A DNA stretch of 62,283 nucleotides, filler included, from Basidiobolus ranarum (lineage: Eukaryota): NCBI GenBank assembly GCA_040143965.1. It is 29 parts of 29 records of this genome, joined end to end, with 100 filler letters (N's around TTAATTAATTAA, not from the genome) between each part and the next. Parts side by side here need not be neighbours in the genome. Positions count along the whole stretch, not along the records: positions 49,522 to 51,566 come from JASJQH010003867.1; positions 51,667 to 53,711 come from JASJQH010003868.1; positions 53,812 to 55,855 come from JASJQH010003869.1; positions 55,956 to 57,998 come from JASJQH010003870.1; positions 58,099 to 60,141 come from JASJQH010003871.1; positions 60,242 to 62,283 come from JASJQH010003872.1; 23 more parts are not named here. One strand, 5' to 3'. Below are positions 51,144 through 62,283 of this stretch, piece after piece (position 1 is the stretch's first letter; the number at the start of each line of letters is the position of its first letter). The translations under genes and the position numbers were made by a program. The notes under the pieces were generated by a model. That model was given only the letters and a program-made list of their open reading frames with translations, was not told the origin of the DNA and searched no databases.

Positions 51144-51566
51144 GGGAGCCTGTTGGAAGTGGTTTGGAGAATTAGAGGAATTGGTGGTTTTCACTTGTTG
51201 ACTTCTTGAGTAGAAAGATGACATTTATGGTTCTGTCAAGATGTAAACAAACTAACATGTAGAATGTGTTAAGGAAGGTCCCAGGTGTGAAAGTATTTGG
51301 GAGCCTGTTGGAAGAGGTTTGGAAAATTTGAGGAATTGGTGGTTTTCACTTGTTGACTTATTGAGTAGAAAGTTGACATTTATGGTTTTGTCAAGAGGTA
51401 AGCAAACTAATGTGTAGAATGTGTTAAGGAAGGTCCCAGGAACATTTGTGCAAAGTTTGGGGCTTCTAGCACAAGTTTGAAAAATCTATATATCTTAGAA
51501 CTTGTAAGTTGGTAAAAATATTCTAAGTAAATTTTGTTTGAGAGTAATGGATAATATCTTAGTGAA
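51144..51566 (-). repeat. Two nested or tandem family C LTR pieces
   Basis: GGGAGCCTGTTGGAAG...GGTCCCAGG occurs twice (from 51144 and about 51299). Confidence 0.8.
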
Positions 51567-51710
51567 NNNNNNNNNNNNNNNNNNNNNNNNNNNNNNNNNN
51601 NNNNNNNNNNTTAATTAATTAANNNNNNNNNNNNNNNNNNNNNNNNNNNNNNNNNNNNNNNNNNNNATTTGAGCCAATTGTGGAAATATCAAAAACCAGG
51701 CCTTACTCAA

Positions 51711-53711
51711 GGTGCTAAAGTATTTGCAAGCCTGTTGGAAGTGGTTTGTAGAATAAAAGAAATTGGTGGTCATCACTCAATAATTTATTGAGTACAAAGT
51801 TAACATATAGAGTATTATCAAAATGTAAACAAACTAACATGCAGAATACTTTAAGGAAGGTCCCAGGATCATGTGTGCAAAGTTTGGGGCATCTAGCATA
51901 AGTTTGAAAAATCTATATATCTGAGAACTTCTAAGTTGGTAAAAATATTCTATATAAATACTGATTGATAATAATGGATAATATCTTACTAAATTATAAG
52001 CTAACTAAGTACTAAACTCTATATGACTATATAGATGTTTAGGCAATGTTAATTTCAACACTCCTCCTCAACTAAATAGTCATATAAATTAATCCTAATA
52101 CAGGTCTAAATTTCTCAAATTTTTTCCAGCTCATGACTTGGTTAGTATATCAGCAATTGTTTCTTCTGTAAAACAATAAGTTAAGTCAATAAGCTGATTC
52201 TCTATATTCTCTTGAAGGAAGTGATGCTTAATATTTTCAAGTTTGCTTCTATTATGAAATATGGGATTTTTAGCTAATGTGGTACAGCTACATCATCTTG
52301 AAATATTGTAGTTGGTAAGTTTTGTGAGCAACCTGAATCAGTTTTCTTAACTATATTGCTCAACTATTGCTTTTCAGGCAACCATATATTCTGCTTCTGT
52401 TGTTGAAAGTGCTATGGTAGGTTGTTTTGTTGAGGTCCAAGAAATAGCTCCATTACAGCAAAGAAGTGAGTGTCCTATTGTTGATCTCCTGTCTTCAATA
52501 TCTCCTCCCCAATTTGTATCTGAATATTACATCAGAACAAAATTTGATCCAGTATGTGTGTATTTCAAGTGCAGATCTATAGCACCTTTCAAATATCTTA
52601 AAATCTGCTTTACTGCTATAATTTGATCAGATCCATAATTTTGAGGATATCAGCACATAACTCCCACATAAGAAGAAATATTTGGCCATCTTCCAACCAT
52701 GATATATATCAAACCATCAAGTATCAATTGATAAGCAAATTTCTGGCTTTTGTTTGAATCTAAAAACATCTGGTTTGAGGCTTTTTAGTCAAGTTAAGAT
52801 TTGTTTCCATTGGGGTCAATACTGGATTATATTCTTCTATTTTAAACTTCTTTAACATATCTAGGATATACTTAGACTGGTTTAAGTTATTATTTTGGTA
52901 GTTCTATCTATCTTTTTTTGGATTCTAAGATAGCACATCAGTTCACCAAGTTCAGTCATTTTGAATTTGGCAGATAAGCTGGATTTGGTGTCCTCCTAAG
53001 TCTTCAAGTCATTGGTTGCTATAATAAGATCACCAACATATAAGGCTAATTAAACTGGGCTTGTCTTATCTGGCCTGAAGTGGATACTACAGTCAGCAAG
53101 ATTCATTTGGCATTGGTGTGTTTCTAAAAAAGCATCTAACTTGCTAATCACAGCTCTTGAAGATTGTTTTAAACCATAGAGTGTTTCCTGGAGTTTGGAA
53201 ACTTTTTTAGGGTTTTCTGGGTCCAAATATTTATGTAGATTAACCGGATATTTAGCTAAAATTGCAAAAATCAATCTAACTGAATTTAACTTTACTACAG
53301 AAGCTAAAGTTTTTATATTATCTTTGCCTGCTGTTTAGGAATAGCCTTTGGCTACTTGTCTAGTCTTGTACCTCTTATAATGCCATCAGAGTTGTGCTTA
53401 AATTTAAACACCCATTGGCAGCAATTGATTTTCTCACATCAGTTAAGTTGGTTAAAATCCAATCTTGATTATCAATAAAAGCCTGGTATTTATAGCCATT
53501 GCAGTACTCCAAAATAGTGTGTGAGGGCCATTCAGGGCTTCTTTTATAGTCTGGGGCTCATGTATTTGAGATGTGCTAGCATGGGCCCATCTTTGGGACT
53601 CATTGATATAGTAATCAGGGCTATTTGTGATCCAATTTGATCTGCTGGTTTGGAATAATGGTATTACAACTTCTGGCATTGTATTGGGCACTTCAGTAGG
53701 CAGAATTTTTT
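51711..53711 (-). mobile_element. Copia RT-RNase H, PPT and 3' LTR (family C), degenerate
   Basis: EPQTIKEAL, LYGLKQSSR, WTSTKQPTIALSTTEAEY; LTR begins at 52060. Confidence 0.9.
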
Positions 53712-53955
53712 NNNNNNNNNNNNNNNNNNNNNNNNNNNNNNNNNNNNNNNNNNNNTTAATTAATTAANNNNNNNNNNNNNNNNNNNNNNNNNNNNNNNNN
53801 NNNNNNNNNNNCCAGTTATCAATAAAGATTCTTGCCAAAGTATCTTCCTTGTCCAGTCTTGTCTTGTCTTGTCTTGTGGTCTACACCCAAGTACTCTCCT
53901 GCCTCCTAGCCTCTTGTCGTTGTTCCCAGTCCTTGTCCAGTTCCTTATTGTGACA

Positions 53956-55552
53956 CATACTCTGTGTTATTGGCAAGCATCAGTCCACTCATAAAACCTA
54001 CAGTAAAGAATGAAGCTTTGATTATTGAGGAGCAGAGACTTCAATCCAATCTTAGCAACCAGGGGTTTATTGGCTTTCTTACACTTTTACCACAGTTGAT
54101 GGCAACTGTGGCTTGCCACAGACCTGGTACAGGTGGAAACTACTTGTCAATTGTATGACTTATAATCCTTCAGCAATTAAACTACCTTGATGTTCAAATG
54201 GTTGTTTAGCTTTCACTGGTGCTCAGAAAAACCTGAAGTCATGTACTTTTTTCACAAAATTGGCAATCACTGAAACAGGTAGTTATCAATAATATTTAGC
54301 ATGTATATCATTGAGTCCTGGTCTCAAAGTTTTGAAGAAATCACTTAAATAGAGATCATTGATCAGGCACCAAAGTACTCACCATAATGCTGATGGTATT
54401 ACTAATGTACTGAATGGATGTCACTATTCAGGATCTGAAAAGTCAAGGTTTCTTTGAGATCACAAATGAGCATGTATTTGCATTGGCTCTTGATGGTTTC
54501 TCACTAAATTAATATATCATTGGAAAGGCTTGTTAGCCAATAATTGTAATGAACTCAAGTTTTCCTCCTTCCAAAAGGTATAAAAGTCATCATATTTTGA
54601 TACTTTTCATCATATCTTGACCTAAATCACCAGTGCATATAGAGAACTTCATGGAGCCTGTGATTGCAGAATTTGAATGGTTATCTAATGGGGTTCAGAT
54701 GTGTGAATATTTTTTAAAGCTAATATAATTGTATGTTGTGGCAACACTGCTGCTATTGGTAAACTTGGAGGTTTTTGCAGGCACAATGCACAATATTGCT
54801 GTAGACTTTGTCTAGTCAATAGAGCTTACTCACTAGGCATATGTATTACCACTACCCAAGTATAACACCTAACTCCACAATTTTACCATCAAGAGCCCAG
54901 TCTGATTTTAGTACGCTTACTGATATCAGTTCACCAATTAATTAGTCTAAAATCAAACTTGGTATTTGGCATAAGCCTAAGATCATAATGCTAAAGGGGA
55001 TCAGCTGGAGCCACAGCTTCCAATCAAATGCTATGCACCTACTACTCAACAACATTCAAGCACTACTTACTCAGCTATAGAGTGGAAAATACATTTTGAA
55101 TGAGCCATTGGAGATGGGATTCAGGTTTGAATTATTGGAAAAATGCTGTTGAAATTAGATTAATAGCAACTCATTATTTAGTAGTTAGTTTATTGATGTT
55201 TTGATTATTTAGCACTCAATTTTGTTGTTGAAAAATGTGTGTTTATTGCACTAATTGATAGAAATATCAATTAGATCACTTTTAACAATTTTCACTACTT
55301 TCTCAAAACTTCTCCCAATCACCTCAAATTTTCACCCATGCTTAACAGGCATGTTTGTTATGATCTAAACATGTCCAATAGTCCTATGTCCTTGTAGACT
55401 ATAAATAGGACATATTCAATTTAATAAAACTTTAGGGTCTAATTCACAAATTCAAATCTTGTCCGAAACACTTCCAAATCCCCTAAACACCTTTATCAAA
55501 GGCTTAAAACATCAAGATAACATCATGTTTTACCAGGACTCCCATCAATATC
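53956..55552 (+). mobile_element. CACTA/EnSpm transposase remnant with a solo LTR insertion
   Basis: Collinear with 9650-10290 and 43585-44295. Confidence 0.85.
55147..55498 (+). repeat. Solo LTR family A, TSD AATGC/AAGGC (one mismatch)
   Basis: TGTTG...TTATCA; the flanks rejoin into the transposase sequence seen uninterrupted at about 44230-44295. Confidence 0.85.
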
Positions 55553-55735
55553 TGTTGAAAGTCTGGTGACTTGTGGTACAAGCAGTAATCCCAAAAGAGG
55601 AAAATATGGAGTATGGTGACTGCATCTGGCCACAAAGTCTAAGGCCAATCAGTTGCTTGTATAGCTGAAATGCCAAACTACCATACATTGACAGACTAGG
55701 TTAAGGTTTCCTAGCAATATAGGCATTGGATACAA

Positions 55736-55785
55736 GGACTGGTAGCTCAGTGGTTAGAGCACCTTACTAGAGTGAAGAAGGTCCC
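55736..55785 (+). other. tRNA 5'-half-like sequence (A box), not a complete tRNA
   Basis: GGACTGGTAGCTCAGTGGTTAGAGCACC with D-stem GCTC/GAGC; no T-arm/B box or acceptor 3' strand found. Confidence 0.5.
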
Positions 55786-56469
55786 ATAAGATAGCTGGGT
55801 TATCTGGTACAGAGCCAACCCAGTGCTTCGCTCTTTATTATCCCCCTCGGTAGAGNNNNNNNNNNNNNNNNNNNNNNNNNNNNNNNNNNNNNNNNNNNNT
55901 TAATTAATTAANNNNNNNNNNNNNNNNNNNNNNNNNNNNNNNNNNNNNNNNNNNNATTGATTTGCTGGTGAAGCATATTGATGTTGTTGAGTTATGTCTG
56001 ATCAGTCAAGTATGTGCATATGTAGAGACAACACACAATGAGATTCTTGTATTTTTCAATTTTCATCATGGCTGGAATACCAAGCCAAAAATATCTAAAC
56101 AAAGGCATGCATATTAATTCAAATTCCCATGGCTGTTAACCCAGTAATTTGCCATTTAAAAATTAGATTTTTGCAAAATTTGCCAGATATTTAGTTATGC
56201 ATGCCAAATAAAAGGATCAATATTGTAACATCTATGAATACTGTCCTAATCCTGTCAAGAAACCACCATTTCACCATCAAGAACCCTGGCAGAATGCAAG
56301 CCACCAAAATTGTGATGGTTCTCTGCTGGGTTTGCAATTCAGGAGGGTGGATCCAATCTGGATCAAAACAATTTTATTTTTGCTAATGATATCCAGTACT
56401 GGACTGATGGTCTTCAATATTATTAGCCCAGTCTGCATTGGCATAGCCTTCCAAAATAAGTGACATGTT

Positions 56470-57840
56470 GTACTGCTAACTAAATTGAATTCCATGATGT
56501 ATTGTTCCTTTCAGATAGAGTATTATCTGTTTCACAGCTATCCAGTGTTCCATTGCAGGATTTTCCATATATCTGCTTACTATGCTTACTGCTGTAGCAA
56601 TATCAGGCCTAGTACCAGTAGTTGCATATATGAGACTTCCAACTACACTACAGTAAGGAATATGTTTCATGATTTCAATTTCTTCAGAGGTCTTTGATTC
56701 CATATCCTTAGTGAGTTTCAGCATACATAATGAATTTAAAGCTGTTTAACATTCTGACATATTGAATCTGTTTAAAACATATCTAATACATTTTTCTTGT
56801 GTTATACAGAGTATTCCAATATTGGAATTTTGATGAATCTGCATACCAAGACAATATGCTAATCATCCAAGATTGTGCATTTCAAACTTGGTAGATGGCC
56901 AGGTCTTAGTTTATTTCATCAGATTTGAGCAATTACTAACTATTATTATCTCATCAACATAGAGAGCAATTATGACTTTGCTGACTTGGTTAGTCTGGAA
57001 GTTTATGCAGTGATCAGCTTTGCTAAAATGGAAACAATGTTTCATGAAGATCTGCTTGATTGTGGTATTCTATGCACAAGGAGCCTGTTTCAGACCATAT
57101 AGACTTAAAAAAAAAGGTTCAGTTTCAGCACCCATCTGTTACCAATAGCTTTTCTTCCAATAGGCAAGTCCACAAGGATACATGTGTAGTTTTTGATTAG
57201 GGAGTGAATTTTATCATCAGTGGATTTTATCTATTCTGTCACTTCATCAGGTTTCAGAGCTTGTGTCAAATTTTCTGATCCAGAAAATGCTATATGTGCA
57301 GTTATATTTCACCCTTTTTCTGAATTGAATCTGTTGATTGCATGCCTTGATTTGAGACATCCAAAGTCCTTGGTAGAATGGTCAGATGTTTCACTTACAG
57401 GATGTTTCTGATTTCCACTGGGTAGGATTTCTCCAACCTGATTGCCCAAATTTTGTGATTGATTGAATACTTGTTGTGATCATATGCATACTTCCAATAA
57501 TTGATTGCATCAAATATCATGTAAATTGAGGGTAGGATACTCCATTGGTATATGATTGGTCAGGAAATTGCTTCCTTGCTTCTGCGCCCAGTTTCCTGAT
57601 TCCTGATTGGCTGGAAAAATGTCCTTTTTCTGATTACCATATTTTTCATTGGCAGAGATAATATGCTGATTTCCAGAAGCTGGTTCAAAGTTATCAGTAC
57701 CCTCAGAGTAATTATGTGGTTTTCTAGTATAAATTGGTGCATTTCTAGTGCTGCCTAATGTTTCACTACTTGTATAGCTGCTTGATTCCAGAATATCATA
57801 CAATAGTATGTTCTCCATGGTTTCAATACTCATAGTGAAG
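56470..57840 (-). mobile_element. Copia RT remnant
   Basis: YGLKQAP, IALYVDE, PYCSVVGSLIY...TRPDIATAV; linker region related to 14380-14700. Confidence 0.85.
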
Positions 57841-58361
57841 TTTGAGGCAGGATTATTGCTTGTTGGATATTAGCAAGCTGGTCAACTATTCCTCATCAAA
57901 ATGGGCAGCTAAGAAAATATTTAGTTACATTACTAATATTAGAAACAATTTTAATAGCAGTATTTGTAGTATTAGATTTATTATTATTCTATATAGCANN
58001 NNNNNNNNNNNNNNNNNNNNNNNNNNNNNNNNNNNNNNNNNNTTAATTAATTAANNNNNNNNNNNNNNNNNNNNNNNNNNNNNNNNNNNNNNNNNNNNGA
58101 AAACTCTTGTCAAGTTCAAGGAAATAACATTCTACCTCTATAAGCTTCTTTGCTCACATGTAAAGATTCGTCATTGATTAAATGAATGCGAAGGTTTTTT
58201 TTCTCCTGATATGGTAATCAGTATGTGTACGTTTAATTTGCTGTTTGGTGTTATGATTTCACCACACTGCTACTGTTTGCTTTACTTCGTTGGAATATTG
58301 TAACCTCCCTTTTTCTTAGTATAGGATTATCTTTTAAATATTCTTCTTTATTCCATCACTT

Positions 58362-60141
58362 ATGACACCACAAAGTTCACCTACTAAGTATCCTCCAAAT
58401 GAAAACCATATAAAAACCAAAAACGTCGATATAACCAAATTCTTTAATCCTTTAAAAGAACCGGTAGAAGTGAGCAAGGAAGAAAATCCACCAACACTTC
58501 CTTTACTCAAGGATGAAAATGAGGGTATTTATTTTCACTGTATTTTTCTAACCTGTAGAGGGTTTATAGTTCATTTTCTTTCCCTTACTCACCATCCATG
58601 TGTTCACACTGTTTTTCTTAACTTAGGAAAGAGCCTTCCTGACCACCAAATAAACAATTCCGTTAAGAATGTCGTTCAGAAATCTGAGAAACCAAAACGA
58701 GGAAGACCTAAACGAATTCCATTGGATTTAGGAAGTGCTCAGGATACAAATTCTACTGGAATTTTAATGGAAAGTGGAGTTGTAGTAGGTGAGCAAACCG
58801 AAGCTAATCAGCGTCGATCAGTCAGGTTAAAGAATAAGCCTGTCAGTCAATACTTTATCCCGTTAAATTTTGAAGTAGAGGAGTATCAACCACTCGCTCC
58901 AAAGGAGAAAACCTCCAAACCAAAGAAATCCACCAAGAAGAATCCAAGTCTATCACAAGATAGTGAAAATTCATTAAACATAGAAGCAAGTACGATTATA
59001 GAGAAATTAGGTACATAATTCACTTTTGTATTTTTAGTTTCCCAATGTTCAATGGAATTCTATCTTGGATTATTTTATGTTCATACCATTTATCTTGTGA
59101 TTTAAGAAACGCCGCAACCTCCTATCCAGATTGTTGAAAACAGGATCGACGTAAGTGTGGAAAATATACCCACATCAAGCAGCAATCTATCAGAAGATTT
59201 CAAGCTAGAGAATGGTCAAATCCATCCATTTTTTCGGAAGAGTAAATCAAAAACTGACGAGGACCCGCAAGAATCAGTAATATTACATGAAGCGACAAAG
59301 TCGGTTCACCCATTCTTTATGAAGCCTCATCAACAGTCAGAATCAACTGTGTCTGTTGATTCTCAAGACGATTCAAGGAAAGATGTGACATACTCTTCTC
59401 AAGAATCAAATCAATCATCGGAGCTCCTGCATAGTTTAACACCTAAAGAATTATTGGCAAATTTTTACAGTGGCCGCGAAGCACATCCATTCTTACAACC
59501 ACGCATCTCATCCAGATCCTCACATATAGCATGCAAGGCTGAAGTACCTAAACCATCTCAATATCCAGCTCTGTATCCACAAGCCCACCCACATCAACAT
59601 GGGCATGTGCGCCAACTTCATCCAGAACCTTTCATCGAAATGGAATGTAATTTAGTCAAAAGAAAAATCCCGATTTATGATAAAACTGAGATTACCCAAC
59701 AGGCAAACCGATTCTTTCAACGTTACCGAAATAGCTCTGCTGATCCACCAAAATGCAAGGATACCTCATCAAGTTCAACCCTGCATCTATCTTCTGAACA
59801 ACTTAAGGATATCTTGGAAAGTGTATATACCGAAACTCACTTAAAATCATCCTCATGTTCCCCGCTTTATCAACAACTTTTCCATACCAAAAGGACAACT
59901 TCAGATGTAACCCTACCTTGGTTTGAAAAGTATAGGCCTCGCAAGACTACCGACATTTTGGGCAACCAGTTTAATGTGGATTACCTGTTAGAATGGTTGA
60001 ATATGTTAAAGGTGAATCCTGTAGTAAGTAAATTCGAGGAAGAACAACCGCAACCAGCACGGAAAAACGGAAATAGAGGTAGACGTGTTTTATCTAGTGA
60101 CGAGGAAGAGTTTGACCCAGAAAAAGGATATTCTTCTTCAG
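58362..60141 (+). CDS. ELG1: ELG1/ATAD5-like alternative RFC large subunit, 3' partial
   Basis: Long disordered N-terminus with HPFF repeats, then RFC box II-like LPWFEKYRP...DILGN...LLEWL; intron 59011-59106 joins the two ORFs in frame; probable intron 58525-58626; AAA+ core not in the contig. Confidence 0.75.
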
Positions 60142-60241
60142 NNNNNNNNNNNNNNNNNNNNNNNNNNNNNNNNNNNNNNNNNNNNTTAATTAATTAANNN
60201 NNNNNNNNNNNNNNNNNNNNNNNNNNNNNNNNNNNNNNNNN

Positions 60242-62283
60242 TAGATACTGGATTACATTCTTCCATTTTAAGCTTCTTTAGTATATCTAGAATATACTTA
60301 GACTGGTTTAAAGTTATTGTTTTGGTAGTTCTATCTATCTTAATTTGGATTCTAAAATAGTATATCAGTGCGCCATGATCAGTCATTTTGAATTCAGCAG
60401 ATAAGCTGGATTTGCTTTTCTCCAAAGTCTTCAAGTCATTTATTGCTATAATGAGGTCATGTACATATAAGGTTAGTAGAACTGGGTTTGTATTATCTGG
60501 CCTGAAGTAGATACTATAGTCAGCACTACTCTTTTGGAATTTTAGTGTTTCCAAAAAAGCATCTGTCTTGCAACTCCAAGCTCTTTGAGATTGTTTCAGC
60601 CATAGAGTGTGTTCTGGAGTTTGCAAGCTTTTTTAGGGCTTTATGGGTCCACAAATTCATCTGGCTGGTCTATATAGATTTCCTCAGCAAGCTCATCATT
60701 CAAAAAAGCAGCTTTAACATTCATTTAATGTACAATAAATTGAAATTTAGCTGAAATTGTTTGAATTAATCTAATTGAATTAAACTTTGCTACAGGAGCA
60801 AAAGTTTCTGTATAATCTATTCCTGGTGTTTGGGAATAGCCTTTGACTACTAGTCTAGCCTTGTACCTTTCTATATTACCATCAGAGTTATATTTAACTT
60901 TAAACACCCATTGCAGCCAATTGATTTACTTTTATCATGTAAGTTGGTTAAAGTCCAAGTTTGATTTTCAATCAAAGCCTGGTACTTGTCAGCCATTGCA
61001 GATCTCCAAAATCTTGTGTGAGGGCCATTCAGGGCCTCTTTTACAGCCTGGGGCTTATGTGTTTCAGCTGTGCAGACATAGGCCCAATTTTGGGACTCAT
61101 TAATAAAGTAATCAGAGCTATTTCTTATCCAATTTGATCTCCTGGTATATGATTAAGATTTTACAACTTCTAGCATTGTATTGGGCTCTTCAGTAGGCAA
61201 GATCTCAGTTGAAGGGTCCACAGGAATGCTATGATCTTGCTTGTTTATGTTTGAATTAATTTGAATGGCAGGATCAGAAGAAAATTGATTTTCATTATCA
61301 TCTGAGATCATTTTTGGTGAAGGTTTTTTGTTTTCATTAAACACAACATCCCTGGACTTGATTAACTTGCAAATTTTGGTATCACAGAGGCTGTAGACCT
61401 TAGCTTGAGTATAATAACCCAGAAGTATGCATTTCTTACTTTTTGATCATATTTAGACCAATTTTTGTTTGTAATTTCAACATAAGCAATGCATCTATAG
61501 ATCCTCAAATGTTGTACATCTGTTTATACTACAAACTAATCTAGATATGGTATAAAGTTAGACAGAATTCTAGTAAAACTCCTATTCTTCAGATATACAG
61601 CTGAAGCAATAAATTCCACCCAAAAGTTATGAGATACATTTTGTGCATTTATCATAGTTCTTGCCATTTCTACTATAGTCCTGTTAGCTCATTCTCATTG
61701 GGGCAGTGGTGTATTGCTTAAATCAGTGAACTTTGCAAAAGTGCTTAAAGAGTGTTGAAGTATATTCTCCACCAGTATCAGTGTGTATTTTCTTGATTTT
61801 AGTTCCAGTTTCAGTCTCCACATGTGTTTTAAATCTCTTAAGATAGAGAGAGCATCTTCTTTTCTTTCCATGAAGTAGACCCAAGTATATCTTGTATAAT
61901 CATCAATAAATGTGATTAAATATCTTTTTCCACCCAATGATAAATATTACATAAGTCCACACAAATCTGAATGAATTAGATCCAATTTTTTGACTGATTT
62001 GATTAAACCAGAGCTCTTGTATGGCTGCCCAGCTTGTCTTCCATATATATAGTGCTCACAAATTTGCATTTTGGTTGGGGGGTTAATTTGAATTCCAGAA
62101 ATTAGGCAATTTCTGATTGTTTTGCTGAAATAATGAGATCTAATATGGCAAAATCTCTTATGCCATAATTGAATAGTTTCTTGCTTGAAATAACTTATAT
62201 TTATATATAAACTCTTGGCTTATATATAAGTTTGTATAAGTTCTGATCCTTTTCTCCCAAAGCAAAATTATTCTCACTTTGAT
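60242..62283 (-). mobile_element. Copia integrase-RT, degenerate
   Basis: [52 protein letters not shown]. Confidence 0.93.

Noticed and set aside
55736-55810. Functional tRNA gene
   Set aside because: No GTTCRA T-loop and no acceptor-stem pairing.
2064-60241. Regularly spaced TTAATTAATTAA as a CRISPR-like or biological repeat
   Set aside because: Always centred in N runs; an artificial six-frame-stop linker. ORFs ending in X...N or LIN are artefacts of it.

Overview
This is not one locus. It is 29 unrelated ~2.04-2.06 kb contigs, sorted by decreasing size and joined by 28 artificial 100-nt linkers (N44-TTAATTAATTAA-N44), so adjacency across linkers means nothing. The DNA is eukaryotic, most likely an early-diverging fungus; a Basidiobolus/Zoopagomycota-like host is my inference from the short GT-AG introns, Gemin8, GT10 and bacterial-type genes. 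Most contigs are nested, decayed, almost CpG-free transposon debris: Ty1/copia, chromodomain Ty3/gypsy, CACTA/EnSpm transposase, solo LTRs with 5-bp TSDs, and a repeat ending in CCCTAACA. The CpG-retaining contigs carry host genes or fragments: a LamG-domain protein, a GT10 fucosyltransferase, RPS18, Gemin8, TAF5, tandem UNC-93-like MFS genes, a YeeE/YedE start, tandem solute-binding-protein genes (one disabled), a CCHC plus zf-UBP protein and ELG1/ATAD5. The standout is a complete, intronless gene at 28450-29604 resembling bacterial alpha-hydroxyketone quorum-sensing autoinducer synthases (CqsA/LqsA). It has a TATA-like box, a strong Kozak start and a C-terminal -SKL peroxisomal signal, suggesting a domesticated, peroxisome-targeted autoinducer-like pathway in a fungus. 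All family calls come from motif recognition by eye; no searches were run.
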